This document shows positions 41,603-53,044 of a stretch of DNA of 64,000 bases, piece by piece. Source of the stretch: Anaeramoeba ignava BMAN (taxonomy: Eukaryota > Protista > Anaeramoebae); contig JAPDFW010000116.1 of NCBI GenBank assembly GCA_028826165.1, forward strand, positions 1 through 64,000, in the 5' to 3' direction. How positions within the stretch are numbered: position 1 is the first letter of the stretch; every line of letters begins with the position of its first letter. Both the position numbers and the translations under genes were made by a program. The notes below the pieces were generated by a model that was not told the origin of the DNA, searched no databases, and saw nothing but the letters and a program-made list of their open reading frames with translations.

Positions 41603-41881
41603 TTAATCGTTTCTTCTAAAACAAACTTTACTATTTGGAGATCATCCTCCATAATTTGCTTCATCTTCATTATCAATTTCACTTTCACTTTCACTTTCAC
41701 TTTCATTTTCTGAATTTGATTCTGAATCTGATATTAAAGGAAATTCATCTTTTTTCTTTTTAATTCTTTTTTTTTGATTTCCATTTTGATTTTGATGGCA
41801 AGGTAATGAATCTAAATCAAATTTTTTACCACAACAAGCTGATAATAAAAGCATAACTCCACCAATTAATAATCACGCCAT
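41603..41881 (-). CDS. Small candidate selenoprotein (~92 aa, two in-frame UGA)
   Basis: ATG GCG TGA TTA... at 41881 is in frame with ORF 41642-41854. A second TGA follows YGG (41644-41642), and the next stop is TAA at 41605-41603. A SECIS lies downstream. Confidence 0.65.
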
Positions 41882-41984
41882 TTTAATTTGTAAAAAAAAA
41901 ATGAAATTTTCTTTTTCTTTTTTTTCTTTTTTTTTCCTTTTATTTTTAAACCCCTTTAACACGTGTAAATTATTTTTTATTTTT

Positions 41985-42330
41985 ATTAATTTTATTTCAT
42001 TATTTAAATCTAAATTAAATAATAATTTACTTATATTTTATTTATAAATAATATCTAAATATAAAATATTTGATTAAAGCTTATAAAATATTATTTAAAA
42101 ATTAATATTTCTTTATTTAATATATTTTATTAACTTTATTTCATTATTTAAATATAAATTAAATAATAATTTACTTATATTTTATCTATAAATAATATTT
42201 AAATATAAAATATTTAATTAAAGCTTATAAAATATTATTTCAAAATCAATATTTCTTTGTTTAATATATTTTATTAATTTTATTTCATTATTTAAATTTA
42301 AATTAAATAATAATTTATTTATAATTTGTT
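41985..42330. repeat. ~144-bp AT-rich tandem repeat, about 2.5 copies
   Basis: TTAAAGCTTATAAAATATTATTT recurs at about 42074 and 42218. Confidence 0.7.
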
Positions 42331-42581
42331 TAAAAGTTATGTAATTAGAATGAATTTAAATTTAATTATTATTAATTTCTGTTTTCAATTTTTTTATTTT
42401 TTTGATTTTTCTTTTTTTCAATTTAATCTTCTTTTTAATAATATTTTTATTTTTAAAATTCTAAAATTAAAATAAAATTTAAAATTAAATTTGTTTCTTA
42501 TTTATTGATTTGAAGAATTTAATTTGATTGAAAGTAAATTAAAATTGAATTAAATTTTGAAAAAAAAATGAAAAATAGTTT

Positions 42582-44863
42582 TTAAATGAAATAAGTTTCA
42601 AGTTCATCAACAATCCATTTATTAAAAGAACCAGCTAAATAACTTTCAGCTTCATTTGTTTCATATTTAATTCCATTAGGTAGATTGTAACTTTCACCGA
42701 AATTTGAACAAACAGGTTGTAAATTAGAATTTAACCGAATATCAGCTATAAATATTTTAATAAATATAAATAATTAATTTTAATAATAATTAATAATAAT
42801 TTAATTTAAAATTTATTTTATTTTAATTTAAAATAATAATATTATTTATTATATTAATATTTTTGGATTATTTATTAATTTAATTTTAATTATAATAATA
42901 ATTATTTATTAAATATAAATTATTTACCAACTATTTTAATAAAGATAAATAATTAATTTGAATAATAATTAATAATTTAATTTAAAATTAATTTTATTTT
43001 AAATTGAAATAATAATATTATTTATTATATTAATATTTTGGATTATTTATTAATTTAATTTTAATTATAATAATAAATATTTATTAAATAATAAAATTAT
43101 TTATATTTACATCCAAAAACTGGACCATAACTTAAATGATAACCAATTGCATATTTTTCCATTTCTTGTTTAATTGTAAACTTCTCTGGTTTTCTATCTC
43201 CTTTATTATTTCTTAATGAAAAAATAAATGCATTTGAATCTTTAATAAATCCATCATCATCATTTCTATCTTCTTCTCTCCATTTTGATTTATCATTTGT
43301 CCATCCAACTTGAGTAAAACCTCCAAAAATAAAATTATCTTTTGTTTTGATAATAACTAATGTTTTTCCTTTATTATCAACTGCTTTATGCCAATTTTGA
43401 CAATCAAATCCATCTCTTTTTGCTGAAAATCCTTTTTTCATTTTAGAAAAAAAATCATTATCATTTATCCATTCTTGTAATTTCTTAACATATTCTTCTT
43501 CTGTAATAATTTCTGAATTTGAAAATTGAGGAAAAATCTTCAATAATTTATTTTGATTTTGATTTTGATTTTGAATTTGATTTTGATTTGATTCTTTTTG
43601 AATTTTTTTGATTTTTTGTTTCTCTTTTTCAATTTCTTTTTCAAATGATAATTTAAGATTTTGAATTTCTTCATCTTTTTGTTTGAGAATTTTATCTTTC
43701 TTTTCAATTTCTTTTTTGAGTTTCTCTTGAATCTCTTTTTTTTCTTTTTCTTTATTTTCGTTTTCTTTTTCTTTCTTTTCAATTTCTTTTTCAAATTCCG
43801 ATTTCAGATTTTGATTTTCTTTTTCTTTCTTCTTATTTTCAGATTCAAATGATTTGATTTTTTTATCTTTTTCTTTAATTCTTTTATCTCTTCTTTGAAT
43901 TTTCTTTTCATTTTCTTTAATTTGTTTATCATTTTCTTGAATTTTCTTTTCATTTTCTTGAATTTTCTTTTCTTTTTCTTTGATTTTTGTTTGATTTTCT
44001 TGATCTTGAATTTCAAAAATAGTTCTTTCAAAATGAATTAAAAAAGAATTTGGAAGAAAAATATCAAATTGTTTTAATTTATCAAAATCTTGTTTTGAAA
44101 TTGAATCTTTATCAAATAATGAAAAAAAAGAATGAAATAATCTTTTCTTTGCATTCATTTTGTGTTCATATTTCTTTAAATTTAATCTTTGATTTCTTTT
44201 TTTAATCCAATTATCCAAAAATTGAAAAAAATCAAATTGAAAAATTTCTTTTTTTTCTTGTTTAAATTGAATAAATTTGATAATTTCTTCTTTAGTTAAA
44301 TTGAATAAATTTTCATTATTTTGAATTTGGGAAAAATTTTGATTTATTAATTCAAAACATTTTATTTCAATTTCATTTGAATTTAAATTTCGATTTTGGA
44401 ATAAAAATTGGAAAAAATTTGAATAATTAATTGAATTTAAAATTTTTTTTTGAATAATTTCTTTCAATAAATTTAATTTAAAATAAATTGAAATTTCCAT
44501 TAATTGGATAAGATTTTCTTGATTCTCAAAAGAAATATTTCCATAATAAATATAACTCAAAATTGATTCCATTTCTTTTTTATTGAATTGATTTAAAGAA
44601 ATAGAAAGAGATTCTTGCCTTAATGACTCATTAAAAAAAGGAGATCTTGAAGATAAAATTGATTTATGAACTTTAATTTCAAAAGGATTTGATTTATTCT
44701 CAACAAAAATTGAAAAATCTTTAAATGAATTTCCATTTAAAAGGTTTGAATAATCTTTAATTAAATTTTTTGTTACTTTTTTTTCTAAATTTTTCATTTC
44801 ATTTTCATTTTCATTTTGATTTGCATTTTCAATTTGGTTATTATCATTATTATTATTATCCAT
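42582..44863 (-). CDS. BTB/POZ-coiled coil-TLDc protein, copy 1
   Basis: BTB (KDFSIFVE..IKVHKSILSSRSPFF..ILSYIYYG), an EK-rich coiled coil, and TLDc (GFSAKRDGF..WHKAVDNKGKTLVIIKT..IFGGFT..AFIFSL..GPVFG). Exon 1 is 44863-43111, a putative 3-nt exon TTG is 42930-42928, and the last exon is 42745-42582 (DIRLNSNLQPVCSNFG..YLAGSFNKWIVDELETYFI*). Confidence 0.9.
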
Positions 44864-45234
44864 TTTGTTTTTTGTTTTTTGTTGTGTTTTTTGTTTTAAA
44901 AAGGAAAAATGAAAAAAAATTTAAATAAAAAAAAATGAATAAAAAAAGTGGATTTTGAAAATAAATAAAAATATAAAAAATGAGAATAAATTTAAATTAA
45001 TAATTAATTTAATTTTCTTTTTAATTTATTATTTTAAATAAATTTATTAATAAATTATTATTTTTATTAATTTTTATTATTAAAAAGAAAATTATTTTAA
45101 TTTAATTTTTAATTTAATTTTTTTTTGGAATTTAAAAATTATTAATAAATTTAATTTTAAAAACAAATTTCAAATTAATATTAATTCAATTTAATTCAAA
45201 AAGATAAAATTTTAATTTCAAAAATCAATTTTCA

Positions 45235-46210
45235 AAATATTTTTAAATAATAAAATATTTAAATCTAAAACATTAAATTATTATTTTAAACATGGAATTA
45301 AATATTAAATTATATTTTTAAATTAATTTATAAATTGGAATATTAAATTAAATCTATTTTCATTTTTATATTTTTATGCTAAATATTTAAATAATAAAAT
45401 ATTTTAAATCTAAAACATTAAATTAATATTTTAATAATAAAATTAAATATTAAATTATATTTTTAAATTAATTTATAAATTAAATATTAAATTAAATCTA
45501 TTTTCATTTTTATATTTATATGTTAAATATTTAAATAATAAAATATTTAAATCTAAAACAATAAATTATTGTTTTAATAATAAAATTAAATATTAAATTA
45601 TATTTTTAAATTAATTTATTAATTAAATATTAAATTAAACCTATTCTTATTTTTATATTTTTATGTTAAATATTTAAATAATAAAAATATTTAAATCTAA
45701 AACATTAAATTATTATTTTAATAATAAAATTAAATATTAAATTATATTTTTAAATTAATTTATTAATTAAATATTAAATTAAATCTATTCTTATTTTTAT
45801 ATTTATATGTTAAATATTTTTAAATAATAAAATATTTAAATCTAAAACAATAAATTATTATTTTAATAATAAAACTAAATATTAAATTATATTTTTAAAT
45901 TAATTTATAAATTAAATATTAAATTAAATCTATTTTCATTTTTATATTTATATGTTAAATAATTAAATAATAAAATATTTAAATCTAAAACATTAAATTA
46001 TTATTTTAATAATAAAATTAAATATTAAATTATATTTATAAATTAATTTATAAATTAAATATTAAATTAAATCTATTCTTATTTTTATATTTATATGTTA
46101 AATATTTAAATAATAAAATATTTAAATCTAAAACATTAAATTATTATTTTAATAATAAAATTAAATATTAAATTATATTTTTAAATTAAATATTAAATTA
46201 AATCAATTCC
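45235..46210. repeat. ~143-145-bp AT-rich tandem repeat, about 7 copies, upstream of BTB-TLDc copy 1
   Basis: TCTAAAAC anchors at about 45264, 45409, 45552, 45696, 45841, 45984 and 46127. Confidence 0.9.
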
Positions 46211-46546
46211 CAATATTTAAATTAAATTGAAATTAAAATTCAAATATTTTATTAAAGATAAATAATTAATTTTAATAATAATTATTAATAAATTATAATT
46301 CATTTTCTTCCTTTTTATATTTTACAAAATAATTTCATTTAATTATTATTAATTTCTGTTTTCAATTTTTTTATTTTTTTGATTTTTCTTTTTTTCAATT
46401 TAATCTTCTTTTTAATAATATTTTTAAATTAAAATTAAATTGTTTAAAATTAGATTTGTTTCTTATTTATTGATTTGAAGAATTTAAATTGATTGAAAGT
46501 AAATTAAAATTGAATTGAATTTTGAAAAAAAAATGAAAAAAAGTTT

Positions 46547-49500
46547 TTAAATGAAATAAGTTTCAACTTCATCAACAATCCATTTATCATAAGAACCAGC
46601 TAAATAACTTTTAGCTTCATTTGAATTCCATTTAATTTCATTAGGTAGATTATAACAATTACCAAAATTTGAACAAACAGGTTGTAATTTAGAATTTAAC
46701 CAAATATCAGCTATAAATATTTTAATAAATATAAATAATTAATTTTAATAATAATTAATAATAATTTAATTTAAAATTTATTTTATTTTAATTTAAAATA
46801 ATAATATTATTTATTATATTAATATTTTGGATTATTTATTAATTTAATTTTAATTATAATAATAAATATTTATTAAATATAAATTATTTACCAGCTATTT
46901 TAATAAAGATAAATAATTAATTTTAATAATAATTAATAATAATTTATTTTAAAATTAATTTTATTTTAAATTTAAATAATAATATTATTTATTATATTAA
47001 TATTTTGGATTATTTATTAATTTAATTTTAATTTTAATAATAAATATTTATTAAATATAAATTATTTACAATCTATTTTAATAAAGATAAATAATTAATT
47101 TTAATAATAATTAATAATAATTTAATTTAAAATTAATTTTATTTTTAAATTGAAATAATAATATTATTTATTATATTAATATTTTGAATTATTTATTAAT
47201 TTAATTATAATTATAATAATAAATATTTATTAAATATAAATTATTTACCAACTATTTTAATAAAGATAAATAATTAATTTTAATAATAATTAATAATAAT
47301 TTAATTTAAAATTAATTTTATTTTAAATTTAAATAATAATATTATTTATTATATTAATATTTTGTATTATTTATTAATTTAATTTTAATTATAATAATAA
47401 ATATTTATTAAATATAAATTATTTACCAACTATTTTAATAAAGATAAATAATTAATTTTAATAATAATTAATAATAATTTAATTTAATATTAATTTTATT
47501 TTAAATTAAAATAATGATATTATTTATTATATTAATATTTTTGGATTATTTATTAATTTAATTTTAATTATAATAATAAATATTTATTAAATATAAATTA
47601 TTTACAATCTATTTTAATAAAGATAAATAATTAATTTTAATAATAATTAATAATAATTTAATTTAAAATTGATTTTATTTTAAATTTAAATAATGATATT
47701 ATTTATTATATTAATATTTTGGATTATTTATTAATTTAATTTTAATTTTAATAATAAATATTTATTAAATATAAATTATTTACAATCTATTTTAATAAAA
47801 ATAAATAATTAATTTTAATAATAATTAATAATAATTTATTTTAAAATTAATTTTATTTTAAATTTAAATAATAATATTATTTATTATATTAATATTTTGG
47901 ATTATTTATTAATTTAATTTTAATTATAATAATAAATATTTATTAAATATAAATTATTTACAATCTATTTTAATAAAGATAAATAATTAATTTTAATAAT
48001 AATTAATAATAATTTAATTTAAAATTGATTTTATTTTTAAATTTAAATAATGATATTATTTATTATATTAATATTTTGGATTATTTATTAATTTAATTTT
48101 AATTTTAATAATAAATATTTATTAAATATAAATTATTTACAATCTATTTTAATAAAAATAAATGAATTAATTTTAATAATAATTAATAATAATTTAATTT
48201 AAAATTAATTTTATTTTAAATTGAAATAATAATATTATTTATTATATTAATATTTTTGGATTATTTATTAATTTAATTTTAATTATAAATAATAAATATT
48301 TATTAAATATAATTTATTTACGAACTATTTTAATAAAAATAAATAATTAATTTTAATAATAATTAATAATAATTTAATTTAAAATTAATTTTATTTTAAA
48401 TTTAAATAATAATATTATTTATTATATTAATATTTTGAATTATTTATTAATTTAATTTTAATTATAAATAATAAATATTTATTAAATATAAATTATTTAC
48501 AATCTATTTTAATAAAGATAAATAATTAATTTTAATAATAATTAATAATAATTTAATTTAAAATTAATTTTATTTTAAATTGAAATAATAATATTATTTA
48601 TTATATTAATATTTTAGAGTATTTATTAATTTAATTTTAATTATAATAATAAATATTTATTAAATATAAATTATTTACCATCTATTTTAATAAAGATAAA
48701 TAATTAATTTTAATAATAATTAATAATAATTTAATTTAAAATTAATTTTATTTTAAATTTAAATAATAATATTATTTATTATATTAATATTTTGATTATT
48801 TATTAATTTAATTTTAATTATAATAATAATTATTTATTAAATATAAATTATTTACCAGCTATTTTAATAAAGATAAATAATTTAATTTTAATAATAATTA
48901 ATAATAATTTAATTTAAAATTAATTTTATTTTAAATTGAAATAATAATATTATTTATTATATTAATATTTTGGATTATTTATTAATTTAATTTTAATTAT
49001 AATAATAAATATTTATTAAATATAAATTATTTACCAACTATTTTTAATAAAGATAAATAATTAATTTTAATAATAATTAATAATAATTTAATTTAAAATT
49101 AATTTTATTTTAAATTTAAATAATAATATTATTTATTATATTAATATTTTGGATTATTTATTAATTTAATTTTAATTATAATAATAAATATTTATTAAAT
49201 ATAAATTATTTACAATCTATTTTAATAAAGATAAATAATTAATTTTAATAATAATTAATAATAATTTAATTTAAAATTAATTTTATTTTTAAATTGAAAT
49301 AATAATATTATTTATTATATTAATATTTTAGAGTATTTATTAATTTAATTTTAATTATAATAATAAATATTTATTAAATATAAATTATTTACCATCTATT
49401 TTAATAAAAATAAATAATTAATTTTAATAATAATTAATAATAATTTAATTTAAAATTAATTTTATTTTTAAATTGAAATAATAATATTATTTATTATATT

Positions 49501-51716
49501 AATATTTTGGATTATTTATTAATTTAATTTTAATTATAATAATAAATATTTATTAAATATAAATTATTTACCATCTATTTTAATAAAGATAAATAATTAA
49601 TTTTAATAATAATTAATAATAATTTAATTTAAAATTAATTTTATTTTAAATTAAAATAATAATATTATTTATTATATTAATATTTTGAGTATTTATTAAT
49701 TTAATTTTAATTATAATAATAAATATTTATTAAATATAAATTATTTACAATCTATTTTAATAAAGATAAATAATTAATTTTAATAATAATTAATAATAAT
49801 TTAATTTAAAATTAATTTTATTTTAAATTGAAATAATAATATTATTTATTATATTAATATTTTGGATTATTTATTAATTTAATTTTAATTATAATAATAA
49901 ATATTTATTAAATATAAATTATTTACTCCTATTTTAATAAAAATAAATAATTAATTTTAATAATAATTAATAATAATTTAATTTAAAATTAATTTTATTT
50001 TAAATTGAAATAATAATATTATTTATTATATTAATATTTTGGATTATTTATTAATTTAATTTTAATTATAATAATAAATATTTATTAAATAATAAAATTA
50101 TTTATATTTACCTCCTCCAAAACTTGGACCATAATCTAAATGATATTTAATTGCATATTTTTCCATTCCTTTTTTAATTGTAAACTTTTCAGGTTTTCTA
50201 TCCCCTTTATCATTTCTTAATGAAAAAATAAATGCATTTTCATCTTGAATATATCCCTCACCATCATTTCTATCTTCTTCTATCCATTTTGATTTATCAT
50301 TTGTCCATCCAACTTGAGTAAAACCTCCAAAAATAAAATTATCTTTTGTTTTGATAATAACTAATGTTTTTCCTTTCCTATCAACTTTTTTATGCCATTT
50401 TTTAGCTTTAAATCCATCTTTTTTTGCTGAAAATCCTTTTTTCATTTTAGAAAAAAAATCATTATCATTTATCCATTCTTGTAATTTCTTAACATATTCT
50501 TCTTCTGTAATAATTTCTGAATTTGAAAAAATCTTCAACAATTTATTTTCATTTTGGTTTTGATTTTGATTTTGATTTTGATTATGAATTTCTTTTATTT
50601 TTTCTTTCTCAAATGATAATTTAAGATTTTGAATTTCTTCATCTTTTTGTTTGAGAATTTTATCTTTCTTTTCATTTTCTGATTTGAGATTTTGATTTTC
50701 TTGTTTTAAATTTTGAGTTTCAGATTCAAATGATTTGATTTTTTTATCTTTTTCTTTAATTCTTTTATCTCTTCTTTTAATTTTCTTTTCATTTTCTTTA
50801 ATTTGTTTATCATTTTCTTGAATTTTCTTTTCTTTTCTTTGATTTTTGTTTGATTTTCTTGATCTTGAATTTGAAAAATAGTTCTTTCAAAATGAATTAA
50901 AAAAGAATTTGGAAGAAAAATATCAAATTGTTTTAATTTATCAAAATCTTGTTTTGAAATTGAATCTTTATCAAATAATGAAAAAAAAGAATGAAATAAT
51001 CTTTTCTTTGCATTCATTTTGTGTTTATATTTCCTTAATTTTAATGAATTAACTCTTTTTTTAATCCAATTATTTAAAAATTGAAAAAAATCAAATTGAA
51101 AAATTTCTTTTTTTTCTTGTTTAAATTGAATAAATTTGATAATTTCTTCTTTAGTTAAATTGAATAAATTCTCATTATTTTGAATTTGGGAAAAATTTTG
51201 ATTTATTAATTCAAAACATTTTATTTCAATTTCATTTGAATTTAAATTTCGATTTTGGAATAAAAATTGGAAAAAATTTGAATAATTAATTGAATTTAAA
51301 ATTTTTTTTTGAATAATTTCTTTCAATAAATTTAATTTAAAATAAATTGAAATTTCCAATAATTGAATAAGATTTTCTTGATTCTCAAAAGAAATATTTC
51401 CATAATAAATATAACTCAAAATTGATTCCATTTCTTTTTTATTAAATTGATTTAAAGAAATAGAAAGAGATTCTTGCCTTAAAAACTCATTAAAAAAAGG
51501 AGATCTTGAAGATAAAATTGATTTATGAACTTTAATTTCAAAAGGATTTGATTTATTCTCAACAAAAATTGAAAAATCTTTAAATGAATTTCCATTTAAA
51601 AGGTTTGAATAATCTTTAATTAAATTTTTTGTTACTTTTTTTTCTAAATTTTTCTTTTCATTTTCATTTTCATTTTGATTTGCATTTTCAATTTGGTTAT
51701 TATTATCATTATCCAT
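46547..51716 (-). CDS. BTB/POZ-coiled coil-TLDc protein, copy 2 (carries the micro-exon array; one-base deletion near 50833)
   Basis: Paralogue of copy 1. Exon 1 is 51716-50112, ending GPSFGG-G|. The last exon is 46710-46547 (|CT-DIWLNSKLQPVCSNFG..WIVDEVETYFI*). One A missing in an A-run relative to copy 1 explains the split ORFs. Confidence 0.88.
46711..50111 (-). repeat. Tandem array of 19 ~178-bp GT-AG intron units separated by 18 putative micro-exons
   Basis: Each junction reads ...TTAAAATAG-NNN-GTAAATAA... on the minus strand. In transcript order NNN is GA, ATT, ATG, ATG, ATT, TTG, CTG, ATG, ATT, TTC, ATT, ATT, ATT, ATT, TTG, TTG, ATT, CTG. Confidence 0.9.
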
Positions 51717-52119
51717 TTTGTTTTTGTGTTTTGTTTTTGTGTTTTTGTTTTTGTTTTGTTTTAAAAAAAAAGGAAAAAAATGAAAAAAAAAATTTAAAAA
51801 AAAATGAATAAAAAAAGTGGATTTTGAAAATAAATAAAAATATAAAAAATAAGAATAAATTTAAATTAATAATTAATTTAATTTTCTTTTTAATTTATTA
51901 TTTTAAATTAATTTATTAATAAATTATTATTATTTTTTATTAATTTTCTTTATTAAAAAAAAAGGAAAATTATTTTAATTTAATTTTTAATTTAATTTTT
52001 TTTTTGGAATTTAAAAATTATTAATAAATTTAAATTTTAAAAACAAATTTCCAAATTAATATTAATTCAATTTAATTCAAAAAAAAGATAAAATTTTAAT
52101 TTCAAAAATCAATTTTCAA

Positions 52120-52820
52120 AATATTTTTAAATAATAAAATATTTAAATTTAAAACAATAAATTATTATTTTAAACACAAAATTAAATATTAAATTATATT
52201 TCTAAATTAATTTATAAATTGAATATTAAATTAAATCTATTCTCATTTTTATATTTTTATGTTAAATATTTAAATAATAAAATATTTAAATCTAAAACAA
52301 TAAATTATTATTTTAATAATAAAATTAAATATTAAATTATATTTTTAAATTAATTTATAAATTAAATATTAAATTAAATCTATTCCCATTTTTATATTTA
52401 TATGTTAAATATTTAAATAATAAAATATTTAAATCTAAAACATTAAATTATTATTTTAATAATAAAATTAAACATTAAATTATATTTTTAAATTAATTTA
52501 TAAATTAAATATTAAATTAAATCTATTCTTATTTTTTATATTTATATGTTAAATATTTAAATAATAAAATATTTAAATCTAAAACATTAAATTATTATTT
52601 TAATAATAGAATTAAATATTAAATTATATTTTTAAATTAATTTATAAATTAAATATTAAATTAAATCTATTTTCATTTTTTATATTTATATGTTAAATAT
52701 TTAAATAATAAAATATTTAAATCTAAAACAATAAATTATTATTTTAATAATAAAATTAAATATTAAATTATATTTTTAAATTAATTTTTAAATTAAATAT
52801 TAAATTAAATCTATTCTTCT
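52120..52820. repeat. ~143-145-bp tandem repeat, about 5 copies, upstream of BTB-TLDc copy 2 (same family as 45235-46210)
   Basis: Same unit sequence, with anchors at about 52147, 52292, 52434, 52578 and 52722. Confidence 0.88.
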
Positions 52821-53042
52821 TATTTAAATGAAAATGAAAAAGATTTTATAATTGAAAGAAAAGAAAAACAATATAAATTTCCAAAATTAATATTAATAAT
52901 GAGAAGTGAATTATATCGAGGAATGTTTTTATCTGTAACAAAAGATACTTCTAATAAAGTTACAGATTATAGTGAATTAAGTAATAAATCATTTCAAATA
53001 TTTGAATATTGGATTTATTCAAATCAAATCAAATCAAATTAA
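52812..53042 (+). pseudogene. Isolated BTB-domain fragment
   Basis: Reads YLNENEKDFIIERKEKQYKFPKLILIMRSELYRGMFLSVTKDTSNKVTDYSELSNKSFQIFEYWIYSNQIK. It has no upstream ATG, is cut off mid-domain and is flanked by tandem repeats on both sides. Confidence 0.7.
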
Positions 53043-53044
53043 AT

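Noticed and set aside
41603-41881. Genome-wide UGA=Trp reassignment as the explanation for the in-frame TGA codons
   Set aside because: Conserved Trp residues in neighbouring genes use TGG and TFIIB ends in TGA. The adjacent SECIS favours local Sec recoding.
46711-50111. CRISPR-like array (constant repeats with variable spacers)
   Set aside because: Units are about 175 bp with 3-nt spacers, the context is a eukaryotic intron, and there are no cas genes. The splice-site pattern explains the structure.
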